Shown: one piece after another, positions 1-12,328 of the stretch
Layout of the letters: every line of letters starts with the position of its first letter
Numbering within the stretch: position 1 is the first letter of the stretch
Assembly: GCA_963843845.1 (NCBI GenBank)
Contig: CAWJMB010000002.1
Location: 3,264,001 to 3,328,000, forward strand
Direction: 5' to 3'
DNA length: 64,000 bases
Origin: an uncultured Gemmatimonadaceae bacterium
GTDB lineage: Bacteria > Gemmatimonadota > Gemmatimonadetes > Gemmatimonadales > Gemmatimonadaceae
Notes under the pieces: generated by a model
What the model saw: only the letters and a program-made list of their open reading frames with translations
The model's database searches: none
Told to the model about the DNA's origin: nothing
Program-made: the position numbers and the translations under genes

Positions 1-711
<711 letters not shown>

Positions 712-716
712 CGCGG

Positions 717-2359
<1,643 letters not shown>

Positions 2360-2363
<4 letters not shown>

Positions 2364-3331
2364 GGCCAGGGGGTCGGGGGAGCGGAGATCGGGCCGGGCG
2401 CGCGGGGCGCCCCCGCGTACGGCTCCATGTGCACGAGCACGCCGGCCACCGCCGGCACGGCGCGGCGGATGGCGCTCTTCACGCACCCGCCGAGCGTGTG
2501 CGCATCGGCGAGCGGCGTCGCCGGGTCGGCCTGCACGTGGATGTCGACGAAATAGTGCGGCCCGGCGCGCCGCACCACGAGCTTCTCGATCGCGAGCACG
2601 CCCGCTACGGCTTCCGCCGCGCAGGCGACCGGGCCGAGCACGTCGTCGCCCGGCATGCGGTCCATCAGATCGTGCAGCGCGGGGCGGAGCAGCTGCACGC
2701 CGTTGTAGGCGATCACCCCCGCCGCGAACAGCGCCGCCCAGTCGTCGGCCGTCGCCCACCGCGGGCCCCCGCCGAGCTGGCTGCCGAGCACCGCGACCCC
2801 GATGCCGATCCCCGCCGCGGCCGAGGTGATCGCGTCGCTCAGGTGGTGTGAGGCGTCGGCCGCGACGGCGGGGCTGCCGAGGTCCGCGCCGAGCGCCTGC
2901 GCCCGCCGCGCGAGCCCCCACTTCACGGCGAGCACGACGACGAGCACCGCGAGCGTCCACGGCGCCGGCACGGCGTGCGGCGCGCGGATCTGCCGTGCCG
3001 CCTCGATGGCGATGCCGACCGCCGCGCCGAGCATGAGCAGCGACACCGCCGCGCTCGCGAGCGCCTCCGCCTTGCCGTGGCCGTAGGGGTGGTCGTCGTC
3101 GGCCGGCTGCGCGGCGATCGCGAGCCCGCCCCACACGATCGCCGAGGCGAGGATGTCGGCCATCGACTCGGCCGCGTCGGCGACGAGCGCGTAGGCGTTC
3201 CCGACGATCCCCGCCGCGAGCTTCACCACCGCGAGCGCGGCGTTGAGCACGAGCCCGAGCTGCGCGACGCGGATCGCCCGGCGCGACGGGGGCGACGAAC
3301 GCGGGAGCGAGAGAGACGGCGAGGTCGACAA
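2360..3331 (-). CDS. Cation diffusion facilitator (CDF) family transporter
   Basis: ALVADAAESMAD, PADDDHPYGHGKAE and DASHHLSD motifs; about 6 TM segments; C-terminal dimerisation domain with VHMEP; start approximate (TTG). Confidence 0.9.
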
Positions 3332-3409
3332 GCGCGGCAATCTACACGCCGGGGAACGTGGCTTGCCCTGTCGGGAGATCCTCATCGCCCCGACACCGGA
3401 GTGCACCAC

Positions 3410-3598
3410 ATGCTCGGATACTTCGCTTCAGGACTGCTGTCGCGCACCGCCTCGCGCCGCCTCGCGCGCGTCATCCCGAACCCGTTCGTGCGCGCCGCCG
3501 TCGTCGCCGCGGCCGGCTACGCGATCACCCGCTTCATGGAGAAGCGGCAGACGACCGCGTCGCGGGCACCGCGCACGCCGCGCATGCGGACCGCCTGA
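3410..3598 (+). CDS. Small basic hypothetical protein (62 aa)
   Basis: GGAG upstream of ATG; fills the gap between divergent genes; followed by a hairpin. Confidence 0.6.
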   Translation: MLGYFASGLLSRTASRRLARVIPNPFVRAAVVAAAGYAITRFMEKRQTTASRAPRTPRMRTA

Positions 3599-3610
3599 GT
3601 CGCGGGGGCG

Positions 3611-3652
3611 GAACGACGACGGCCGGGCATCGATGCCCGGCCGTCGTCGTTC
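3611..3652. terminator. Perfect 42-bp palindrome between convergent genes, probable bidirectional terminator
   Basis: GAACGACGACGGCCGGGCATC followed by its exact reverse complement. Confidence 0.7.
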
Positions 3653-3669
3653 GGGCGCGTGCGCGCGCG

Positions 3670-4374
3670 TCAGGCCGCCGCGCGCCGCCGCCGAGCCGTC
3701 GCCCCGACCAGCACGAGCCCGCCCGCGACGAGGACGAGCGTGGCCGGCTCCGGCGTCGCGACGACCGCCGGCCCGACGCGCCCGGCGACGTTGTCGATCC
3801 CCGTGTTGTAGGCGTCCTGCGGCGCGCCGCCGGCGGCGCTCAGCCCGGACCACTGCACGCGGAGGCCGGTCGCCGACGACACGGCCGCGGCGAACGACGC
3901 GTGGGTGGTAGTGCCGACCGTCGCGCCGCCGGCGCTGTAGAGCAGGTTGTACGCGGAGTCGTAGACGCGCAGCTCGACCGGGCGGCTGACGGAGTTGAAG
4001 GCGCCGAGGTCCGCGCTGCCGAAGAACACGCTGTTGCCGCCGAGCGGCGTCAGCAGGATCTCGCCGACCTGAACGTTGCCGCCGCCCCCGCCGGCACCGT
4101 CGCGCGCGAAGTACGCGACGTCGACGAGGTCGTTGTACCCGGTGTTCCAGTAGTACGCCGACGAGGCGACGACCGTCCCGTTCCCCCAGTCCGTGCGGCC
4201 GATGTACGACACGTCGAGCGCGCCGGGGATGTCACCGTAGGTCCCCGGGATCGCGCCATAGTTCGGCAGCCCGAGGCCGGAGAACGTCAGGTCGAACGAC
4301 TGCGCCCCGGCGGGGAGGGCGACGGCCACCGTCAGGGCGACCGCGGCGACGCGGGAGAGGAGAGACGAGGACAT
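3670..4374 (-). CDS. PEP-CTERM exosortase-targeted surface protein
   Basis: N-terminal signal peptide (AGA-Q); C-terminal TPEPATLVLVAGGLVLVGATARRRR. Confidence 0.92.
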   Translation of the reverse strand: MSSSLLSRVAAVALTVAVALPAGAQSFDLTFSGLGLPNYGAIPGTYGDIPGALDVSYIGRTDWGNGTVVASSAYYWNTGYNDLVDVAYFARDGAGGGGGNVQVGEILLTPLGGNSVFFGSADLGAFNSVSRPVELRVYDSAYNLLYSAGGATVGTTTHASFAAAVSSATGLRVQWSGLSAAGGAPQDAYNTGIDNVAGRVGPAVVATPEPATLVLVAGGLVLVGATARRRRAAA

Positions 4375-4507
4375 GGCGATGGTCACGACGGGATGGGAAA
4401 GGCGGCAGCGGGATGCGAGACGGACACAACATTGGCGCCATCGTACGAACGCGCAAACTGTCGCCGGTTCGCCTCACCCGACCCGCCACCCCGCCGCGCC
4501 GCCGTCG

Positions 4508-5233
4508 TCAGGTGCTGCGCAGCGCCGCCGCCCCCATCTCCTGCGCGCGCCCGAACGCGTAGACCCCCGACGGCTGCACGATCAGCCCGGGCACGACCCC
4601 GTCGCGCAGCTCCGCCTGGATCGTCGCCGCGTCGGCGCCGACCTTCGCCGCGATCCCGCGCGCCACGCGGCCGAGCGCGAGGTTGCACGCGAGCACGATC
4701 CCGCCGCTGCGAATGACGCCTTCGACCGTGGGGTCGGTCTCCGGCCCGAGCATCGCGACGAGATCCGGACTCACCGCCGTCCCCGCCGGCGTGCGCGACC
4801 ACGGATTCCGCTCGGCCGGCTGCTTCGTGGTCGGGTCGGTGATGCCGCGCAGCGCGCCGATGCCGTACTTCGCCCAGAGCGCGTCGTCGATCGCGAGCGG
4901 GATCGCGGCGTGGCGCAGCACGACGATCGGCACCACGGCGCTCCCCGTCACGCCGAGCGCCTCGCGGTAGCCGGCGCGGTAGATCCACGGCTGCGTCAGC
5001 ATCATCCCGTCGCCGACTTCGGTGCCGTCGAACACCATCGCGTGCTTCGCCGCCTTCACGCGCGCGGTCCACGAATCGTCGAACCGGAACGGCGCACTCG
5101 TCGCCGGCGGCGCGTCGGCGTCGGCGTCGGCCGCGTCCGCGTCGGCGAACGGAACGAGCGATGCGGCCGCGGCCGAGGCGGCCGACGCAGCGATCGTCGC
5201 GAGGAAGTCGCGGCGCGAGCGGTCAGAGGGCAT
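4508..5233 (-). CDS. Tat-exported DsrE/DsrF-like protein (paralogue 2)
   Basis: SRRDFL Tat motif; KHAMVFD, VVLRH, GGIVLACNLAL and VQPSGVYA..AQE. Confidence 0.7.
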   Translation of the reverse strand: MPSDRSRRDFLATIAASAASAAAASLVPFADADAADADADAPPATSAPFRFDDSWTARVKAAKHAMVFDGTEVGDGMMLTQPWIYRAGYREALGVTGSAVVPIVVLRHAAIPLAIDDALWAKYGIGALRGITDPTTKQPAERNPWSRTPAGTAVSPDLVAMLGPETDPTVEGVIRSGGIVLACNLALGRVARGIAAKVGADAATIQAELRDGVVPGLIVQPSGVYAFGRAQEMGAAALRST

Positions 5234-5238
5234 GAGGG

Positions 5239-5967
5239 TCACCTGGCAGGAGCGAGGAGAGGGTACGGGTCGATCGGCGTGCCGGCCCACCAGCGCGCCG
5301 GGTCGCCGACGCGCGCGATGGCGAAATGTAGATGCGGCGCCCCCTGGGACCCATTTCCCGTCGTGCCGACGGCGCCGAGCGTCTCGCCGCGGCGCACCGT
5401 CGCCCCGTCGGCCAGTCCGTCGCGGTACCGATCGAGGTGCGCGTAGTAGAACATGAACCGGCCGTCCGGGCTGAGCACGTACACCGTGAGCCCGCCGGCC
5501 GCACTCGTGAACAGCTTCGCGACGCGCCCGTCGTCGGCCGAGAGCACCGGCGTGCCGCGCGGCGCCATGATGTCGAGCGCCTCGTGCCGGCGCGCGCCGC
5601 CGCCGCGCGTCTCGTCGAAGGTCGGGCGAAGCTGCGACGGCGCGACGCCCTGCACGGGCACGAGCAGTTGCCGCGCGCGCAGCAGCGCGACGTCGCTCGG
5701 CGCGACGGGCGCCGGAAGGGGGATCGTCGGCAGCAGCGCGAGCGAGTCGCCGCCGCCGAACGCGTCGCCGAACGCGAACAGCGTGTCACGCACGCGCACC
5801 GTGTCCACGCGCACCACCGTGTCGACGCGAACGACGGTGTCCGGCGCGCCACTCCCTGCGCCATCCGACGCGCCGCCGTCGCGCCTGATCGTGACGTCGC
5901 AGCCGGCGAGCACCGTCGCCGCAGCTGCAACGACGGTCGCGATCAGGTGGAGCGCATGAACACGCAC
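5239..5967 (-). CDS. M23 family metallopeptidase, lipoprotein
   Basis: HEALD (HxxxD), YYAHL and PHLHF motifs; lipobox LAGC; GTG start with GGAGG upstream. Confidence 0.88.
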   Translation of the reverse strand: MRVHALHLIATVVAAAATVLAGCDVTIRRDGGASDGAGSGAPDTVVRVDTVVRVDTVRVRDTLFAFGDAFGGGDSLALLPTIPLPAPVAPSDVALLRARQLLVPVQGVAPSQLRPTFDETRGGGARRHEALDIMAPRGTPVLSADDGRVAKLFTSAAGGLTVYVLSPDGRFMFYYAHLDRYRDGLADGATVRRGETLGAVGTTGNGSQGAPHLHFAIARVGDPARWWAGTPIDPYPLLAPAR

Positions 5968-6647
5968 CCGACCTCCTGCGCGCGGATCGTCGCGTAGATC
6001 CCCGACGGCTGCAGAATGACCCCGGGCACGAGCCCGGCGCGGAACTCGGTCAGCACCGCGCCGCGGTCGAGCTTCCGCTCCGCGGCGATCTGCCCTGCGA
6101 AGCCGGTGAGCGCCTGGTTGCAGGCGAGCACCGTGACGCCGCTCTTCAGCATCCCTTCGAGCAGCGACGGCTCCATCCCCTTCTCCTTGTCGTCGTGGGG
6201 GCGCGAGAAGGGATTGAACGTGTACCACTGCTTCGTCGCCGGGTGCTTGTACTTCACCGCCTTGCCGACGTCGTACTTCGCCCAGAGCGCGTCGTCCATC
6301 GCGAGCGCCGTCCCGAGGTGGCGCAGCACGAGGACCGGGTGCACGTCGCCCTCCGCCGTGTTGAACACCGCCTTGTAGCCGCGCAGATACGTGCCGACGT
6401 GGAACAGCCCGAGCCCGTCGGCGACGTCGGGCGCATCGAAGACGGCCTTGTGCTTCGCGGCCTGCACCTTCGCCGTCCACGAGTCGTCGTACGTGAGCGC
6501 GGCGGGCGGCGTGGCCGGGCGCGCCGGGGCGGGCGCGGCGGCGGGCGGTTGAGCGGTGGCGCGCGCGCAGGCGCCTAACGTCGTGGCGGCGGTCACGGCG
6601 GCGAGCTGCGCGAGGAAGTCGCGGCGCGGAGTCGAGTCGGTGGACAT
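5943..6647 (-). CDS. Tat-exported DsrE/DsrF-like protein (paralogue 1), possible lipoprotein
   Basis: PRRDFL Tat motif, LGAC lipobox; KHKAVFD, LVLRH, GVTVLACNQAL and ILQPSGIYA..AQE. Confidence 0.72.
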   Translation of the reverse strand: MSTDSTPRRDFLAQLAAVTAATTLGACARATAQPPAAAPAPARPATPPAALTYDDSWTAKVQAAKHKAVFDAPDVADGLGLFHVGTYLRGYKAVFNTAEGDVHPVLVLRHLGTALAMDDALWAKYDVGKAVKYKHPATKQWYTFNPFSRPHDDKEKGMEPSLLEGMLKSGVTVLACNQALTGFAGQIAAERKLDRGAVLTEFRAGLVPGVILQPSGIYATIRAQEVGCVFMRST

Positions 6648-6700
6648 GGAGAGGCGGAGGTCGGGAAACGTTGGGCAGCGACGCGTTAGGCAGCAAACGA

Positions 6701-6736
6701 CGAGCGGCCGAACCCGGGGAAGGATTCGGCCGCTCG
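6701..6736 (-). terminator. Stem-loop downstream of the M13 peptidase gene
   Basis: CGAGCGGCCGAA...TTCGGCCGCTCG inverted repeat. Confidence 0.5.
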
Positions 6737-6761
6737 CGACGCGCAGGTCACACGATGCGGC

Positions 6762-8846
6762 TCACCAGATCTGCGCGCGCTTGTCCGCCGGGCGGACCAT
6801 CGCGTCGCCGTCCTTGCAGCCCCAGGCCGCCTTGAACTCAGGCATGTTGCTGAACGGGCCGTTCACGCGCCAGATCCCCGGCGCGTGCACGTTCGTCAGG
6901 ATCTGATTGCGCTGGGACTCCGGCCGCACCTGCTCGCGCCACACCTGCGCCCAGCCGAGGAAGAAGCGCTGCTCCGGCGTGAAGCCGTCGACCTTCGTCC
7001 GCGGCTTGCCGGCGAGCGCCTTCTCCATCGCTGCGTAGGCGATCTGCAGCCCGCCCAGGTCGCCGATGTTCTCGCCGAGCGTGAGCGCGCCCTTCACGTG
7101 CGTCGCGGTGTCGATGACCGTGTACGCGTCGAACTGCTCGACGACGCGCTGCGCCTGCGTCTTGTACTTCGCCGCGTCCTCCGGCGTCCACCAGTCGCGC
7201 AGCGTGCCCTTCGCATCGAACTGGCGCCCCTGGTCGTCGAAGCCGTGCGACATCTCGTGCCCGATGACGGCGCCCATCGCGCCGTAGTTCACCGCGTCGT
7301 CCGCCGCCGGGTTGAAGAACGGGAACTGGAGAATGCCGGCCGGGAACACGATCTCGTTCCAGTCGGGGCGGTAGTACGCGTTCACCGTCGACGGGCTCAT
7401 GACCCACTCGCCCTTGTCGACCGGCCGGCCGAGCTTCGCCCACTGCACGTCGTTCGCCCAGTCGGTGACGCGGCGCACGTTCGCGTAGTACGAGCCGTCG
7501 GTCACGACGAGCTTCCCGTAGTCGCGCCACGCGTCCGGGTAGCCGATCTTCTGCGTGAACGCGGCGAGCTTCGTGAGCGCCTGCTGCTTCGTCGCGGGGC
7601 TCATCCACTCCAGCCGCTCGATCCGCGCCTCGAGCGCCGCGCGGAGGTTGTTCACGATCGCGTTCGCGCGCGCCTTGTCGTGCGCCGTGAACGTGCGCGC
7701 GACGTACTCCTGCCCCACGGCCTCGCCCAGCGCGCCGTTCGTCGCGCTCACGCACCGCTTCCAGCGCGGCAGCTGCTCCTTCGCGCCCGAGAAGAGCTGG
7801 GAGAAGCGGAAGTTCTCGTTCGCGAACGCCGAGGTGAGCATCCCCGCCGCGCCGTGCAGCGCGTGGGCGCGGAAGTAGGCACGCCACACGTCCGCCGGCT
7901 CGCTCGCGAGCAGCGAGTCGACGCCGACGAAGAACTCCGGGTTGCGCACGTTCACGTCGGTGAACGCCGCCGCCGTCGTGCCCGCCGGAGACGCCGCCCT
8001 GAAGTACGCCGCCCAGTCGATGTGCGGCGTCGACTTCTGGAACTCGGCGAGCGTCATCTTGTGGTAGACGGCGTTCGGGTCGCGCATCTGCACGCGCGAC
8101 ATCTGCGCCTTCGCCATCTTCGTCTCGAGCGCGAGCACCTTCGCCGCGTCGGCCTGCGCGTCGGCCTGCGTCGCCCCGGCGAGCGTGAACAGCGTCACGA
8201 GGTGCGCGGCGTAGGCGTCGCGGAACTGCTGGAAGCGCGGATTGTCGACGAGGTAGATGTCGCGGTCCGGCAGCACCGTACCGCCCTGCGCGGCGGTGAC
8301 GATGAGCGCGCTCGAGTTCTTCGGGTCGGGGCCGGGGCCGGCGCCGAACGGCGCGAGCCCCGCCTCGGCCTCGAGGTCGGCGATCGCGCGCCGCACGTCG
8401 TCGCTCGTGCGGATCGCGTCGATGCGCGCGAGCACCGGCGTGATCGGCTCGATCCCCGCCCGCTCGGCGGCGGAGGAGTCCATGCACGAGCGGAAGAAGG
8501 CGCCGATCTTCTGCACGTTCGCCGCGGCGCCCGTCGGCTTCGCCGTGGACGCCCGGGTCGTGGCCGGGGCGACGGCCGCGGCCTTCTCGATGATGTCGCG
8601 CAGGACGAGCTGGTTCTGGTCGGCGAGCGCCTCGAAGCTTCCCCAGCTCGGATAGGCGGCGGGAATCTGCGTGCGCTTCAACCAGCCGCCGTTCGCGAAC
8701 TGATAGAAGTTCGTACAGGCGGCGCAGGTCGTGTCGAGGTTCGCGCGGTCGAGCGGGGGCGGCGCGGTGTGCCCCGGCTGCGCGCCGGCGGTCGCGAGGG
8801 CCGCGAGCGCCGAGGCGCCCGCGAGAGTGAGACGACGGAGAGACAT
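6762..8846 (-). CDS. M13 family metallopeptidase (neprilysin/PepO-like), secreted
   Basis: Signal peptide; NFYQFANGGW, VNAYY, GHEMSHGFDD and GENIGD motifs. Confidence 0.96.
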   Translation of the reverse strand: MSLRRLTLAGASALAALATAGAQPGHTAPPPLDRANLDTTCAACTNFYQFANGGWLKRTQIPAAYPSWGSFEALADQNQLVLRDIIEKAAAVAPATTRASTAKPTGAAANVQKIGAFFRSCMDSSAAERAGIEPITPVLARIDAIRTSDDVRRAIADLEAEAGLAPFGAGPGPDPKNSSALIVTAAQGGTVLPDRDIYLVDNPRFQQFRDAYAAHLVTLFTLAGATQADAQADAAKVLALETKMAKAQMSRVQMRDPNAVYHKMTLAEFQKSTPHIDWAAYFRAASPAGTTAAAFTDVNVRNPEFFVGVDSLLASEPADVWRAYFRAHALHGAAGMLTSAFANENFRFSQLFSGAKEQLPRWKRCVSATNGALGEAVGQEYVARTFTAHDKARANAIVNNLRAALEARIERLEWMSPATKQQALTKLAAFTQKIGYPDAWRDYGKLVVTDGSYYANVRRVTDWANDVQWAKLGRPVDKGEWVMSPSTVNAYYRPDWNEIVFPAGILQFPFFNPAADDAVNYGAMGAVIGHEMSHGFDDQGRQFDAKGTLRDWWTPEDAAKYKTQAQRVVEQFDAYTVIDTATHVKGALTLGENIGDLGGLQIAYAAMEKALAGKPRTKVDGFTPEQRFFLGWAQVWREQVRPESQRNQILTNVHAPGIWRVNGPFSNMPEFKAAWGCKDGDAMVRPADKRAQIW

Positions 8847-9064
8847 CGGGAGACGTTCGAGGATGGAGGGCGCCGAGGAGCGGCGTCGTGCGGAACGGAC
8901 GCGCGTGCGTGCGTCGACGGTCAGGAGACTGTGAGCATACCGGTGAGGTCACGTCGCGTTCCCCGCCGCGCGGAGCTGCGGCCGCGCACGTTGCCCGGGC
9001 GCGCCGCCGACCGTCATCCCGCCAGTTGCTCGGCGATTCCGGCCGAGCGTTCCGGCGCCGCGTC

Positions 9065-9940
9065 ATGCAGATCGATCACGTTCAGTTCCCCCTGCTCCTC
9101 CCCGCCGCTCCATTCAAGCGGTCGGTCAAAGTCGCACTCGGCGGCGCACTCGCGACCGTGCACCGCGAGCGTGTGGCGCAGCTCGCGGCCGGCGAGGTCG
9201 GCGACCGGCTCTCGGGAATCGACCGCCTCCTCGTCGCGCACCTCGTCGACCGCCACGAGCGCGCCGGATCGCTCGACCGGCTGGCACCGCTCCAGCGGTG
9301 GCTGTGGACGTGTGATCAGGCGGTCGAGTTCCACACCCAGGCGGAGGCGCGCTTCGATCGCTGGTGGCGTCGCGGCGCGTCGTGCATCGTCGCCCCGCTG
9401 CAGGCCACGCTGCACGCGGCGCCCGCTCCCTACCGGCAGCTCTGCGAGATCGGCTGCGGCTCGGGACTCGTGTTGAACGACCTCCGTGCGACGCTGCGCG
9501 GCGTCCCGGCGTTCCTCGGGCTCGACCTCAGCCCGACACAGATCGCGCGCAACCAGGCGCGCTTCGCCGACGCCGCGACGCGCCCGGTGCTGACGTTCGC
9601 CGCCGGCGACGCGACGACGTGGGTCCCGGCGCATGCCATGCCTGGCTGGATCTACTTCACGAACGCCGGCGTCCTCGAGTACCTGACCGGGCCGCAAGTC
9701 GCCGAGCTGTTCGCGCACGTCGCGCGGCACCTTCGCCCCGCCGTCTTCGCGCTCGCCGAGCCGATCGCGCCCGGCTACGACGTCATGCGCGAGACGCGCA
9801 CCCGGCCGTTCGGCGCGGAGCGAACGTTCTCGCACCCGTACGTGCATCTGCTCGAGCGCGCCGGGTGGACGATCGCGTGGACCGACGTCGGCGCGATCGA
9901 CGGCACCCGACTGCACTACGTGGTCGCGACGGCGCACTGA
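9065..9940 (+). CDS. Class I SAM-dependent methyltransferase
   Basis: EIGCGSG motif I, GLDLS motif and GVLEYL. Confidence 0.8.
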   Translation: MQIDHVQFPLLLPAAPFKRSVKVALGGALATVHRERVAQLAAGEVGDRLSGIDRLLVAHLVDRHERAGSLDRLAPLQRWLWTCDQAVEFHTQAEARFDRWWRRGASCIVAPLQATLHAAPAPYRQLCEIGCGSGLVLNDLRATLRGVPAFLGLDLSPTQIARNQARFADAATRPVLTFAAGDATTWVPAHAMPGWIYFTNAGVLEYLTGPQVAELFAHVARHLRPAVFALAEPIAPGYDVMRETRTRPFGAERTFSHPYVHLLERAGWTIAWTDVGAIDGTRLHYVVATAH

Positions 9941-9964
9941 CGCACGCCGCCCACCGAGGCGAGC

Positions 9965-10090
9965 CGGCGGAATGTGCCGGCCACGGCAGGAAGTGCCGCG
10001 CCCGGACGATCGACCGTCGACGATCCATACGGCGTAACCTGCTGCCCGTGAACGACTTACGGAACTCGGCCGGACTGGTCTGCGGGTTGC
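9965..10090 (+). promoter_or_regulatory. Sigma-54 promoter module of flgB operon
   Basis: Palindrome pair 9965-9979 and 9984-9998; 25-bp element 10035-10059; TGGTCTGCGGGTTGC at 10076-10090. Confidence 0.8.
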
Positions 10091-10124
10091 CTTCCCGACT
10101 GGTGTCCCGGAACCCGCCCCGATC

Positions 10125-10442
10125 ATGCTCTTCGGCTTCATCAATCGCGTCACCGGCGCCGCAGGGCTGCGCGACGGTCTCGACGTCAGCGCCGTCCGGA
10201 CACGGGCGATCGCCGACCGTGTCGCGAAAGCGTCGCTCGACAACGGCGACGGGTTCGCGCTGTCGGCGGGCGCGGGATCGGGCGGCGGAGCGGCGACGGC
10301 CGCGGGCAGCGCTGGCGCCGAGCCGGTCGACGTCGAGCGCGAGATGGTGAGCCTCGGCGACGAGCAGCTGCGCTACGAGGCGACGGCCAAGATGCTCGAG
10401 CGCACGTACGCGCAGCTCCGCACCGTCATCCGCGACCGCTGA
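10125..10442 (+). CDS. flgB: Flagellar proximal rod protein FlgB (divergent)
   Basis: C-terminal VDVEREMVSLGDEQLRYEA and position before flgC. Confidence 0.8.
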   Translation: MLFGFINRVTGAAGLRDGLDVSAVRTRAIADRVAKASLDNGDGFALSAGAGSGGGAATAAGSAGAEPVDVEREMVSLGDEQLRYEATAKMLERTYAQLRTVIRDR

Positions 10443-11090
10443 TGCCCGACTTTCCCCGCCCGATCGGCTTCCTGCCGCAGATCGTCCCGCAGAGCGGGTC
10501 GACGGTGCGTCCGATGTTCGGCACGCTCGTCGATCGCCGCGAGCGGCCTCTCGGCGCAACGTCAGCGGATCGAGACCGTCGCCTCCAACCTCGCGAACGC
10601 CGAGACGACGCGAACCGACGGCGGCGGCGCCTACAAGCGCAGAGTCGCGATGCTGCAAGCCGCGACCGGCACGACGCACGCGTTCGGCGCGCCGCTCGTC
10701 GCCGGCGGCGCGGTGACGAGCGCGGGCTCTCCGTTCGGCGCGACCGCGTTCCAGGTCCCGTCGCTCGCCGGCCGCTCGGCCGGCGCCGCGTCGAGCGCCT
10801 GGCCGACCGACGCCCGCCGTGCGATCGAGGTCCCCGCGATCCGCGCCGACGACGTCGGCCCCGGCCAGTACGGCGTTCGCGTCGCGCAGATCGTGGAAGA
10901 CGCGTCCGAAGGGCCGCTCGTCTACGACCCCGGCCACCCCGACGCCGACGCGAACGGCTACGTCCGCTATCCGAACGTGCGCGTCTCCGACGAGATGATC
11001 GACCTGCTCGACGCCCGCCGCATCTACGAGGCGAACGCGACGGTCTTCCAGTCGGCGAAGGCGATGCTGAAGCGCGCGATCGACATCTGA
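10442..11090 (+). CDS. flgC: Flagellar rod protein FlgC (frameshift near 10529)
   Basis: IAASGLSAQRQRIETVASNLANAETT in the shifted frame; YDPGHPDADANGYVRYPNV; RRIYEANATV. Confidence 0.92.
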
Positions 11091-11112
11091 TCTCACTGTC
11101 CCGGCCCCTTCC

Positions 11113-11484
11113 ATGTCCGTCACTGGCGTCACGAACCCGCTGCTCAACAACCTCGGCACGATCGCTCGTCCGGCGGCGCGCCCCGGCGTCGCGCCCGGGC
11201 GGGCGGGGGTGGCCGGCGGGGCGACACCGTCTGCGGCGCCGGCGCTCCGACCGCAGCCGTCGCTCGCCGCGCCGGCGAACGCGCTCCCTGCCGAGGCGCC
11301 GGCGGGAACCGATCCGGAGCTGTGGAACGTGCTGACGTCCGACGAGCGCGCCTTCTTCGCGAAGGCCGCGTCGAACGGCCCGATCACCTACGGCCGGGTC
11401 GCGGCACGCCTCAACACCATGAACGGCTTCTCGAACCAGGCCGCGCCCCCCGCGCGCGGCGTGCGTCTCGACGTCCGCGCCTGA
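11113..11484 (+). CDS. Hypothetical protein between flgC and fliE
   Basis: Clean ORF inside the operon; Ala/Pro-rich N-terminus and a compact C-terminal core (DPELWNVLTSDERAFF...LDVRA). Confidence 0.75.
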   Translation: MSVTGVTNPLLNNLGTIARPAARPGVAPGRAGVAGGATPSAAPALRPQPSLAAPANALPAEAPAGTDPELWNVLTSDERAFFAKAASNGPITYGRVAARLNTMNGFSNQAAPPARGVRLDVRA

Positions 11485-11497
11485 GGCCGCACCTCGC

Positions 11498-11857
11498 ATG
11501 GATCCGATCTCCGGCGCGGCGAGCCGCGCGTTCCAGAGCCTTCAGACGTTCCAGCCCGGCGGGCTCGGCGGCGTCCGGCCGCTCGACGGCGGCACGACGA
11601 CCGTTCCGGCGATCCGCCCGGGCGGCAACGCCGACGGGCTCTCGTTCGGTGAGACGCTGAAACAGTTCGCGACCGACGTCTCCGCGCAGCAGGACGCGGC
11701 GGCCGACATGCAGGGGCGCTTCCTGCGCGGCGAGAACGTCGAGCTGCACCAGGTGATGGCGGCGAGCGAGGAGGCCGGGATCGCGCTCGACATGATGGTC
11801 GAGCTGCGCAACAAAGTGACCGACGCGTATCGCACGCTCGTGAGCATGCAGTCCTAG
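11498..11857 (+). CDS. fliE: Flagellar hook-basal body protein FliE
   Basis: SFGETLK...ELHQVMAASEEA...ELRNKVTDAYR. Confidence 0.93.
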   Translation: MDPISGAASRAFQSLQTFQPGGLGGVRPLDGGTTTVPAIRPGGNADGLSFGETLKQFATDVSAQQDAAADMQGRFLRGENVELHQVMAASEEAGIALDMMVELRNKVTDAYRTLVSMQS

Positions 11858-11954
11858 GCGTCAGCCGCCTGCGTGCCGCGCCCGCGTCTGGCGGGCGCTG
11901 ACCGACCACCACGAAGTTCGGCGCGTGTGCGCGTAGCGCGTCCCCGCCGGTCGA

Positions 11955-11996
11955 CGGCGCCGTGCACGCGGCGCCGTGCACGCGGCGCTGTGCACG
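11955..11996. repeat. 3 copies of a 14-bp unit (CGGCGCCGTGCACG)
   Basis: Direct tandem repeat in the fliE-fliF intergenic region. Confidence 0.75.
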
Positions 11997-12122
11997 CCGC
12001 TCGGCGACGCGCGCCGCGATCTGGAACGGGTGGCTCGCCGGTGGGACGACGCGCTCGCCCGCCTCGGATCGTTCGTCGAGCGCTCCGAGGCTCCGTAGCC
12101 GAGCCGTCCGCGGTCCGCCGAG

Positions 12123-12261
12123 CGGCAGAATGCGCCGTGATCTGAACGGCACATTCTGCCGCCCTACGCGGATGGACGCGCCCCGCCGAGTCCGGCCAGA
12201 CGGCGCAAGTGCTTGTCCGGCAACGAGTTGACGATCCCGGTCCATCTGGCCCGCGGCGTGC
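12123..12261 (+). promoter_or_regulatory. Sigma-54 promoter module of fliF operon
   Basis: Palindromes 12123-12137 and 12147-12161; 25-bp element 12206-12230; TGGCCCGCGGCGTGC at 12247-12261. Confidence 0.8.
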
Positions 12262-12328
12262 CTCTGAGGCGAGCGCTGGATCCCCCCGTCCTCGCTCGCC
12301 TCCCGCCTCCGCGCACCGCCCTCGCCGC

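Noticed and set aside
8978..9045. Possible sigma-54 box and UAS upstream of the methyltransferase
   Set aside because: GG-to-GC spacing is off by one, the palindrome at 9031 is single and degenerate, and no 25-bp element is present.
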